From Frankiales bacterium (GTDB taxonomy: Bacteria; Actinomycetota; Actinomycetes; Mycobacteriales; SCTD01): a stretch of 64,000 nucleotides of DNA. The position numbers and the translations under genes are program-made. The notes below the pieces were generated by a model, which did not search any database, was not told the DNA's origin, and saw only the letters and a list, made by a program, of their open reading frames with translations. Numbering within the stretch: the first letter of the stretch is position 1; the number at the start of each line of letters is the position of its first letter. Location: the NCBI GenBank assembly GCA_025965475.1, contig JAOPWV010000105.1, positions 320 through 64,319 of the forward strand, in the 5' to 3' direction. This document shows positions 17,749 through 25,777 of this stretch, one piece after another.

Positions 17749-18737
17749 CGGCAGGCACCGCCGGAGCCCTCACCAGGGACAGCGGCCGGTCCGGCCACCC
17801 AGCCGGGCCGGCCGTCCGGACGGCCGGCCTGACCCGCAGGTTCGGTGACCAGATCGCGGTGGACGATGTCGACCTCGTCGTCCCCCGCGGTGCCGTCTAC
17901 GGCTTCCTCGGCCCCAATGGTTCGGGCAAGACGACGACCATCCGGATGCTGCTCGGCCTCCTCGCCGCCGACAGCGGGGAGATCGACCTGCTCGGCGAGC
18001 CGATGCCGGCCAGCCTCGGGAGCGTCCTGCCGCGGGTGGGCGCGCTCATCGAGGGGCCGGCCTTCCACCTGTACCTGTCCGGCTGGGACAACCTGCGCCG
18101 GCTGGACGCCAGCGACCGCACCGCGGACCCGGCGACGAGCCGCGAGCGGATCGGCACGGCGCTCGCCCGGGTCGGACTGACCGCGGCGGCCAGCAAGCGG
18201 TACCGGCAGTACTCGCTCGGCATGAAGCAGCGCCTCGGACTGGCCGCGGCGCTGCTGCAGCCACGCGAGCTGCTCGTGCTCGACGAGCCCACCAACGGCC
18301 TGGACCCGCAGGGCACCCGCGAGGTCCGCAACCTCGTGCGGGAGCTCGCCTTCGACGGGACGACGGTCCTGGTCTCCAGCCACCTGCTCGCCGAGATCGA
18401 GCAGGTGGCCACGCACGTCGGGATCATGGCCGCCGGCCGGCTGCTGCGGCAGGGGCCGCTCACCGAGGTGCTCGCCGACGGCGCCGCGGTCGTGCGGATC
18501 AGTACGCCGGACGTCACGCTCGCGTCCGGGGCGCTGGCCCGCAGCGGGCTGACCGGTGTCGTGGCCGACCGGGAGGCGGCGGTCGTCACCGCGCGGCTCG
18601 GCGAGCACCTGCCGGAGGACGTCCTGCGGGAGGTCGTGACAGACGGCGCGCGGGTACGCGGTTTCGCCGTGGAACGCCCCCACCTGGAGGAACTGTTCGT
18701 CGCACTGACCGGCGAGGGCTTCGATGTCCTCCGCTGA
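17745..18737 (+). CDS. ABC transporter ATP-binding protein (ABC-2 exporter type)
   Basis: GTG at 17745 overlaps the upstream stop. Motifs are Walker A GPNGSGKTT, signature YSLGMKQR and Walker B LLVLDEPT. Confidence 0.9.
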   Translation: MTAGTAGALTRDSGRSGHPAGPAVRTAGLTRRFGDQIAVDDVDLVVPRGAVYGFLGPNGSGKTTTIRMLLGLLAADSGEIDLLGEPMPASLGSVLPRVGALIEGPAFHLYLSGWDNLRRLDASDRTADPATSRERIGTALARVGLTAAASKRYRQYSLGMKQRLGLAAALLQPRELLVLDEPTNGLDPQGTREVRNLVRELAFDGTTVLVSSHLLAEIEQVATHVGIMAAGRLLRQGPLTEVLADGAAVVRISTPDVTLASGALARSGLTGVVADREAAVVTARLGEHLPEDVLREVVTDGARVRGFAVERPHLEELFVALTGEGFDVLR

Positions 18738-19614
18738 GATGTCCACGGCTGAGGTGACGGTCCTGCCCCGACCGTCGTTCGCGCCGCCCCGCACGCAGCG
18801 CGGCGCGTTCTGGCGGCTGTACCGCAGCGAGATGCGGCTGCTGTTGCGGCGCCGCCGCAACATCGCGCTGCTCGCGGTCCTGGCGATCGTGCCGCTGCTC
18901 ATCGGCGTGGCGGTCAAGATCAGCACCCCCCGCAACGGCGAGGGTCCGGCCTTCCTCGGACAGATCACCGGCAACGGGCTCTTCCTCGTCTTCACCGCAC
19001 TCACCGTGGCGTTGCCGTTGTTCCTGCCACTCGTGATCGGCGTCGTGGCCGGCGATTCGATAGCAGGCGAGGCGGGCAACGGGACGTTGCGCTACCTGCT
19101 CACCGTGCCGGTCACCCGGACCCGGCTCCTGGCCGTGAAGACCCTCGGGGTCGCGTCTTTCACGGCACTGGCCGTCCTCACCGTCGCCCTCGTCGGCCTG
19201 GTCGTCGGCGGCGTGCTTTTCGGGCTGCACGCGTTCACCCTGCTCTCCGGGGACACGGTCAGCGCCGCCAGCGGCCTGGTCCGGGCCGTGTTCGTCGCGG
19301 CGTACGTCGTCATCGCCCTGTTCGCCCTCGCCGCGGGCGGGCTCTTCATCTCCACCCTGACCGAGAACGCGATCGCCGCGATGGCCACGACCATCGGGTT
19401 GGCCGTCTTCTCCGCACTGCTCGACGCGGTGCCGCAGCTCGACAGGATCCACGGGGCGCTGCTCACCGACCACTGGCTCGGGTTCGGTGAGTTGCTGCGC
19501 AGCAACGTGGACGCGGCCGCGCTGATCCGCTGGAGCCTGCTGCACCTGGGTTATGCGGCCGTCTTCCTCAGCCTGGCCTGGGCCCGCCTGTCCACCAAGG
19601 ACATCACCAGCTGA
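18724..19614 (+). CDS. ABC-2 family permease
   Basis: The 296-aa product has about six hydrophobic helices. It overlaps the ATPase 3' end by 14 nt. Confidence 0.8.
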   Translation: MSSAEMSTAEVTVLPRPSFAPPRTQRGAFWRLYRSEMRLLLRRRRNIALLAVLAIVPLLIGVAVKISTPRNGEGPAFLGQITGNGLFLVFTALTVALPLFLPLVIGVVAGDSIAGEAGNGTLRYLLTVPVTRTRLLAVKTLGVASFTALAVLTVALVGLVVGGVLFGLHAFTLLSGDTVSAASGLVRAVFVAAYVVIALFALAAGGLFISTLTENAIAAMATTIGLAVFSALLDAVPQLDRIHGALLTDHWLGFGELLRSNVDAAALIRWSLLHLGYAAVFLSLAWARLSTKDITS

Positions 19615-19625
19615 GTGCGCCGCGG

Positions 19626-22600
19626 CTAGGCCGGTGTGCTCCGGGTCCGTACGGCGAGCAGCGCGACGTCGTCGTCCGGCGCATCCGGCAGCAGCCGATC
19701 GAGGATCGCGTCGCACAACTCGTCGAGCGGGAGCGCGCCCAGCTCCGTCAGGGCGTCGCGCAACCGCGCCAGGCCCACCCCCAGCGCGCTGTCGTCCCGC
19801 CGCTCGACGAGGCCGTCGGTGTAGAGGAGCAGCGTCGAGCCGGGCGGCAGTTCCACGGTGTGGTCGTGGCGGGCGGTCTCCGGGTCCAGACCGAGCAGCA
19901 GGTCCTGTCCCTGGTCCAGCAGGGTGACCCGGCCGTCCGGGCCGAGCAGCATCGCGGGCGGATGTCCGGCGTTGGACCAACGCAGCGTCCGCGGGCCGCG
20001 CTCGTCCTGACCGGCCGACTCCAGCCGGGCGACGAGGGCGGTGGCCAGCGTGTCCACCGCGAGGCCGCGGACGGCACCGTCGACCCGGGCGAGCACCCGG
20101 GCCGGACTGTCCTTCCGGTCGAAGGCGGTACCCCGGAGCAGGCTGCGCAGCTGCCCCATGGCGGCGGCGGCACTGATGTCGTGGCCGATCACGTCACCGA
20201 TGACCAGCACGGTCTGGCCGTCGGGCTGGAGGAAGGCGTCGTACCAGTCGCCGCCCACCTGGGCCTGCTCGGCGGCGGCCCGGTATCGGGCGGTCAGCAG
20301 CAGGCCGGGCGTCTCGGGCAGCGGGGTGAGCAGACTGCGCTGGAGCACCTCCGCCTCACGCCGCTGCCGCATGTACAACCGCGCGTTCTCCAGCGCCAAG
20401 CCGGCCCGCCGTCCGATGTCGTGGGCGGTCGCGAGGTCCTCGACGTCGAACACGGGCCGGTCCGGTCCACGGACGAGGGCGGCGACGCCCAGCGTGCGGT
20501 CCCCGGCCTGCACGGGCACCACCAGTGCCGACGCCGCACCCAGGCGGCCGAGCAGGTTGCGGGGCCCGCTGCCGACGAGCACCGACAGGTCCACCGAGGT
20601 GACCAGCTCCGCCCGACCCGTCCGCGCGACGCGCGCCACCCGCTCGACGCCGGCGAACGTCTCCGGCCGGTCCCTGACGAGCTCCGCGATGGCAGCCGTC
20701 AGCGCGGGATCCCGGTGCACGCCGTTGGGGCTGCTGATCTGCCCGGCCTCGTCCACGGTGCCGAGGACGACCCAGTCGGCCAGTCGGGGGACGAGGACGT
20801 CGGTCACCCTGGCCAGCACGGACAACTCGTCACTCGCACCGACCATGCCCCGCGTCGCCTCGGCCAGTAGCTCCAGCCGGGCATGGGCCGCCTCACGCGC
20901 ATGCTCGGCCTGCCGGCGGGCGCTGACGTCGTGGAAGAACACGGACAGACCCTCGGCGTCGGGGATCGCCCGGATCTCGAACCACGCGTCGAGGGACGGC
21001 ATGTAGTCCTCGAACGTCACCTGGCGGCCGCCGGCGACGGCCCGGTCGAAGCTGTCCCGGAAGCCGGTGCCGATCCCCCGCGGGAACTCGTCCCAGATGT
21101 GCCTGCCCAGCAGGTCGTCACGGCGGCGGAACAGCATCCGCTCGGCCTGCCCGTTCGCGTACGTGAACCGCATCGCCGGGTCCAGGCGGAAGAACCCGTC
21201 GTTCATCGTCTCGAGGAGGCGGGCCAGCTGCTCCCTGCCTTCGCGGGCCCGGGTCGTGTCGTAGGCCACGCCCGCCAGGCGGTCCGGTTCACCGGCGGCG
21301 TTGGTGAGCACCGCCCCGCGCACGGCGATCCACCGGGTTCCGCCGGAGGACAGCACCACCCGGTGCTCCTCGACGTACTCGCCCCGGCGGGCCACCGCGT
21401 CGGCGATGGCGGCCGAGACGCGGGGCGCGTCCTCCGGGTGGATCCGCTTCTGGAAGTCCTCCAGATGCGTGGCCTCGTCGTCCGGGCCGAGACCGAAGAA
21501 CGCGGCGAGCCGCCAGTCCGCGTCGAGCCGCTGGTCGTCGAGGTGCAGGACGAACTGCGCCACCTCCGCCGCGGACAGCGCGTTGGTCAGGGTGCCCCGG
21601 CCGCCGGTGTCCGGCCTGCCTTCGCCGGTCGGCTCATGGGGGAACCCGCCCTCGAGCGAGCGGTTCGTGGCCTCCTGGAACAACCTCGCGTTGTCCAGGG
21701 CCACCGCGGCGCGGCTCGCGAGGTCCCGCGCGAACTCCAGATCGGAATCGCCGTAGATGCGCCCGGACTCGGCCGTGATGAAGGTCAGCGCGCCGAAGGT
21801 GCGGCCGCGGGCGGTGAGCGGGACGATGATCACGCTCACCAGTCCGAGCTTCTCCATGATCGCGTCGTGCTCGGCCCCGCGTGAACGGGCGGGCTCACCG
21901 GCCGCCTGGAGCTGGGCGCGCAGCCGCGGGATGGACGGGACGAGGACCGGCGCACCCGAGCGCACGACCGGGCCGACGCCGCTCGGGTCCGCGAGCCGCG
22001 CCGGCCAGCGCTCCTCGGTGGCGCGGGCCAGCGCGGTCTTGTCCGGGTCGACGTGCGCGACGGCCAGCGGGACGAGCTCGCCCTCGTCGACCAGATGCAG
22101 CACGCACCAGTCCGCGAGGACCGGCACGGCCAGGCGGACCACCCGGCTCAGCGTGGCCTCGACGTCGAGCGTGCCGGCGAGCTCGGCGGAGGCCTGCGCG
22201 AGGAAGCTCAGCTTGCGGTTGGCTTCGGCCTCCCGCTCGGCGGCCCAGGCCCGCTGGAGGGCCTGCGCGCAGGCGTCGGCGAAGGCCATGAAGAAGTCGT
22301 GAGCCGGTGCCGCGTGCAGGTCCTGCCCCTCCCCGACGGGGAATGAGAGGGTCAGCGCGCCCCGCGTGCTGTCCTCGACGTGCAGCGGCAGGACGACGAG
22401 CGAATGGTCGTGACCGCTGTCGAACTGGGCCAGCGCCGGCCAGCGCGCGTCCCGCTCCGCCACGGAGTCGACCCAGATCAGCAGTCCTGTCCGGATGGCC
22501 TCGGCGACCGGCAGGGGGTCGTCGAGCCCGAACGTCCGCCACTGCTCCGCCCCGTCCGCGAGGGGCGGCTGCACCCGGGCGATCTCGATGCTCCGGCCGT

Positions 22601-24218
22601 CCTCGCCGACCAGGCTGAGGGACGCGATGCGGGCTCCCACCAGCCCGGTGGCGTGCTCGATCGTGACGTCCAGGACCTCGTCGACGGTGCGGGTCGCGGC
22701 GAGCGCCGCCGTCACCGCCTGGAGCCGCGTCAGCCGGTCCGCCACGAGCGTCTTGGTCTCGAACAGGGAGGCACGCTCGAGCGCCTGGGCGGCGACCGCC
22801 GCGAGGGCCTCGAGGAAGGAACGCTCGTCCTCGGTGAACAGCCGTGCCTCGGCGAACGACAGCCGCATGACGCCGACGGTGTGCCCGGCCACGTGCATCG
22901 GCACCGCGCAGGCGGCCACGATGTCGGGCTCGTACTGCCCGTAGCCCGGGTACTGCTCGTCGCGCTGCTCGCGCGTCTCCAGCCAGACCGGCTGCCCCGT
23001 CCGGTACGCCGTCAGGCCGGGCATCGGCACGCCGGCGGCCCAGGCTGCGGCGAGCTGCGCCCACAGCTCCCGGGTGTAGCCGACCTGGGTGCCGAACAAC
23101 GGCAGGTCCGGGGCGGGCAGCAGCACCGCGCCGCGCAGGGCCCCGAGCTCCGCCGCCGCCTCCACGAGAGCCGTCTCGGCGACCTGCTCGCTGTCCAGGG
23201 CGGCGGCGAGCGCCGAGCTCACCCGCTGCAGCCGGGCCGCCCGGTCCGAGACCTGCTGCAGTTCCGCCAGGTGGCCGACCTCGGTCATGAGGAACGACTC
23301 GAACGAGGGAGCCGTCACCGTGCCGTCACCGGCGGTCGCGCGCCGCAGCCCGTCGACGAGGGCGGTGACGTACCACCGGCGGAAGGCGCGGTGCTGCGGC
23401 GGCGCGGCCAGGGTGAGCAGGCGGGACGCACGTGCGTACGTGTCCGCCTCCCCCAGGGCGGTCAGATAGCGCTCCCCCGCCTCTGCGGCCTCGGCCGGGA
23501 GGGTGAGGACGAGGGTGGTGCGCGCCTGCCCGCGTTCGAAGGCCGTGATCGCCTGCCGCTTGATCGCCTGGCGGGCCTCGGCGAACTCGGTGACGACGTC
23601 ATGGACGAGCTCGGCAAGGTGGGGTGGGAGCGTCCCGGAGACACCGGACCGCGAGCCGGACTCCGACAGGGTCAGCTCGCGGACCACCGAGTCCACGTGC
23701 GCCTTGGCGTCCAGCAGCAGGCCGGTCGGGACGTCGCCCAGCGTGACGGTGAAGCGTTCCGCCGCCTCGGGCCAGTCCTCGAATCCGGCCAGGAGCGCGT
23801 CGAGGTCGACGTCACCCGGTTCGGACAGCTCGACGCTTTTCGCCGTCAGTTCGACCCAGACGTACTTGCCGTCGTCGGTCGCGACCACGCCCCAGTCCGC
23901 CGCCACGGCGTCCACCAGCGCCAGCCCGCGGCCGGTCATGCCGTCACCACCGGCGAGCGGACGGACCGGGACGGCGCGCGAACCGTCGTGCACCTCGATG
24001 CGGGCCCGGCCGTCCGGGTGGCCGTCGGGTTGCGAGGAGACCACCAGCCGGTACGGCGCGCTGCCGTGGAGCACCGCGTTCGTGGCCAGCTCGGTGACCA
24101 CGAGGGCGGCCGCGTCGACGACGTCCATGGGAAGCTCCGCGAGGGCGGCGACCGCGAACCGCCGGGCGCAGGGGACCGCATCCGGGGAGTCCCTGATGTC
24201 GAGCTGCTCCTGGAACAC
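19626..24218 (-). CDS. multidomain regulator: RsbW-like HATPase + GAF/PAS repeats + C-terminal PP2C (SpoIIE-type) phosphatase
   Basis: Track ORF 19626..24323 was trimmed to GTG at 24218 (VFQEQLDIRD). The N-terminus has ALVVTELATNAVLHG...GRGLALVDAVAADWG, anti-sigma kinase-like. Several GAF-like blocks have the pattern ...LADWCVLHLVDE... and ...LADWVVLGTVDE.... Two PAS blocks are present (IHPEDAPRV...TRWIAVRG and NDGFFRLD...FTYANGQAE). The C-terminus has GGDWYDAF...VIGDVIGHD...YTDGLVE, a PP2C signature. Confidence 0.85.
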   Translation of the reverse strand: MFQEQLDIRDSPDAVPCARRFAVAALAELPMDVVDAAALVVTELATNAVLHGSAPYRLVVSSQPDGHPDGRARIEVHDGSRAVPVRPLAGGDGMTGRGLALVDAVAADWGVVATDDGKYVWVELTAKSVELSEPGDVDLDALLAGFEDWPEAAERFTVTLGDVPTGLLLDAKAHVDSVVRELTLSESGSRSGVSGTLPPHLAELVHDVVTEFAEARQAIKRQAITAFERGQARTTLVLTLPAEAAEAGERYLTALGEADTYARASRLLTLAAPPQHRAFRRWYVTALVDGLRRATAGDGTVTAPSFESFLMTEVGHLAELQQVSDRAARLQRVSSALAAALDSEQVAETALVEAAAELGALRGAVLLPAPDLPLFGTQVGYTRELWAQLAAAWAAGVPMPGLTAYRTGQPVWLETREQRDEQYPGYGQYEPDIVAACAVPMHVAGHTVGVMRLSFAEARLFTEDERSFLEALAAVAAQALERASLFETKTLVADRLTRLQAVTAALAATRTVDEVLDVTIEHATGLVGARIASLSLVGEDGRSIEIARVQPPLADGAEQWRTFGLDDPLPVAEAIRTGLLIWVDSVAERDARWPALAQFDSGHDHSLVVLPLHVEDSTRGALTLSFPVGEGQDLHAAPAHDFFMAFADACAQALQRAWAAEREAEANRKLSFLAQASAELAGTLDVEATLSRVVRLAVPVLADWCVLHLVDEGELVPLAVAHVDPDKTALARATEERWPARLADPSGVGPVVRSGAPVLVPSIPRLRAQLQAAGEPARSRGAEHDAIMEKLGLVSVIIVPLTARGRTFGALTFITAESGRIYGDSDLEFARDLASRAAVALDNARLFQEATNRSLEGGFPHEPTGEGRPDTGGRGTLTNALSAAEVAQFVLHLDDQRLDADWRLAAFFGLGPDDEATHLEDFQKRIHPEDAPRVSAAIADAVARRGEYVEEHRVVLSSGGTRWIAVRGAVLTNAAGEPDRLAGVAYDTTRAREGREQLARLLETMNDGFFRLDPAMRFTYANGQAERMLFRRRDDLLGRHIWDEFPRGIGTGFRDSFDRAVAGGRQVTFEDYMPSLDAWFEIRAIPDAEGLSVFFHDVSARRQAEHAREAAHARLELLAEATRGMVGASDELSVLARVTDVLVPRLADWVVLGTVDEAGQISSPNGVHRDPALTAAIAELVRDRPETFAGVERVARVARTGRAELVTSVDLSVLVGSGPRNLLGRLGAASALVVPVQAGDRTLGVAALVRGPDRPVFDVEDLATAHDIGRRAGLALENARLYMRQRREAEVLQRSLLTPLPETPGLLLTARYRAAAEQAQVGGDWYDAFLQPDGQTVLVIGDVIGHDISAAAAMGQLRSLLRGTAFDRKDSPARVLARVDGAVRGLAVDTLATALVARLESAGQDERGPRTLRWSNAGHPPAMLLGPDGRVTLLDQGQDLLLGLDPETARHDHTVELPPGSTLLLYTDGLVERRDDSALGVGLARLRDALTELGALPLDELCDAILDRLLPDAPDDDVALLAVRTRSTPA

Positions 24219-24490
24219 CGAGACCCCTTCGATCCGACCTTGGCGCCGGCACGACCTGTGGCGCGGCACCAAGTGTTGCAGCGCCCGCGCACGCCCGAGG
24301 GAACACGCTCGAAACCGGCGCAACAGGGGGCATCCCTCGGACGCCGGACCGGCACCAACACGTACATCCCGGACGGCTACGACGCTCGCGGCGCGGCTGC
24401 CGGCCCGGCATGAATGCGCCTGACCGCCTTCAGCCTGGTCTCGGGGCTGCCCCGGTCGTACCGTGGGCGCGCACTGCCGAGGAGGTTGCC

Positions 24491-25777
24491 ATGGCCGTCC
24501 CCACCGCGCTCGCCGCCGGCATGGTGGATGCGTGCTTCGCGCGCCGGGTCGCTCCCCTCGAACGCCTCGGCGAACACGCCGACCTCGTGGCGCTCGCGGC
24601 CCGGGACGTCGCGGCCCGGCTGGCCCGTGGCGGCCGGCTCCTGCTGTTCGCGGGCGGCGGCGCCACCACCGACGCGGCCCACGTTGCGGTGGAGTTCGTC
24701 CATCCGGTCGGGGTCGGCAAGCCCAGCCTGCCGGCGCTGTCCCTGACGGCCGACGTGGCGAGCCTGCTGGCCACGGCGTCCAGCCACGGGCTCGACCAGG
24801 TCTTCGCCCACCAGGTCCGGCTCATTGGCGGCCCCGACGACGTCGCGGTCGGCCTGTCCGCCGATGGCCGGTCCCCGGCGGTGGCGGCCGGCCTCCGGGC
24901 TGCCCGCGACGCCGGCCTGCTCACCGTGGCCCTGCTCGGCGGGGACGGCGGTGCGATCGCCCGCGATCGCCTCGCCGAGCACTGCCTGGTCAACGGCGCC
25001 CCGGACGCACACCTGGCGAAGGAGGCCCACGTCACGACCTACCACGTCCTGTGGGAGTTGGTGCACGTCTTCCTCGACCATCCCGAGGCAATGACCGACG
25101 CGCCACCACCGGCGGCCGGCGGGGTCGAGCAGCTGTATCCGTTCCTGTACGGCGGCGGGGGCGGGAGCCAGCAGGTGCTCACCGAGGCGGTGGTCTCGAC
25201 CCGGGTGAAGGTCGCCGACGTGCTCGCGCTGCGCCACGAGGTGCTGCAGGAGCAGCGGACCCAGCTGGCCACCTGTGCGGGACGTATGGCCGAGGCCTTC
25301 GACCAGGGCGCGACGCTCCTGGCGTTCGGCAACGGGGGCAGCAGCACCGATGCCCAGGAGCTGACGGCGTCGTTCCTGGCGCCACCGTCCGGACGGCCGC
25401 TGCCGGCGCTCTGCCTCACCAACGACGTGGCGATCGTGACCGCGCTGTCGAACGACATCGGCTTCGACGTGGTCTTCGCGCGGCAGGTCGAGGCGTTCGG
25501 CCGGCCGGGGGACATCGCGGTGGGCCTGTCCACGAGCGGCGGATCGCCGAACGTCCTCGCCGGTCTGCGGACGGCCAAGGAGCGCGGCATGACGACGATC
25601 GGGCTGGCCGGCTATGGCGGTGGCCAGATGGCCACCCTCGGCGCCATCGACCACCTGTTCACCGTGCCGTCGTCCTCCGTGCACCGCGTGCAGGAGGTGC
25701 AGACGACGATCTACCACGTGTTGTGGGAACTCGTTCAGCAGGCGCTGCCGTCCCGGGCGGCCGCCACCGCGACCTGA
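24491..25777 (+). CDS. tandem SIS-domain (GmhA-like sugar-phosphate isomerase fold) protein
   Basis: ATG at 24491 has GGAGG 6 nt upstream. There are two SIS halves. The first is degenerate (LLLFAGGGATTDAAHVAVEF) and the second is canonical-looking (LLAFGNGGSSTDAQELTASF...GLSTSGGSPNV). It converges on hypF and overlaps it by 43 nt. Confidence 0.8.
   Translation: MAVPTALAAGMVDACFARRVAPLERLGEHADLVALAARDVAARLARGGRLLLFAGGGATTDAAHVAVEFVHPVGVGKPSLPALSLTADVASLLATASSHGLDQVFAHQVRLIGGPDDVAVGLSADGRSPAVAAGLRAARDAGLLTVALLGGDGGAIARDRLAEHCLVNGAPDAHLAKEAHVTTYHVLWELVHVFLDHPEAMTDAPPPAAGGVEQLYPFLYGGGGGSQQVLTEAVVSTRVKVADVLALRHEVLQEQRTQLATCAGRMAEAFDQGATLLAFGNGGSSTDAQELTASFLAPPSGRPLPALCLTNDVAIVTALSNDIGFDVVFARQVEAFGRPGDIAVGLSTSGGSPNVLAGLRTAKERGMTTIGLAGYGGGQMATLGAIDHLFTVPSSSVHRVQEVQTTIYHVLWELVQQALPSRAAATAT

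Noticed and set aside
22380-24413. A 677-aa plus-strand ORF antisense to the big regulator. Similar long antisense ORFs occur at 59098..60978, 39740..41263, 41112..42935 and 28098..29411.
   Set aside because: The translations show the same compositional signature (Arg/Gly/Pro/Asp runs). The opposite strand carries domain-rich, motif-bearing proteins in each case.
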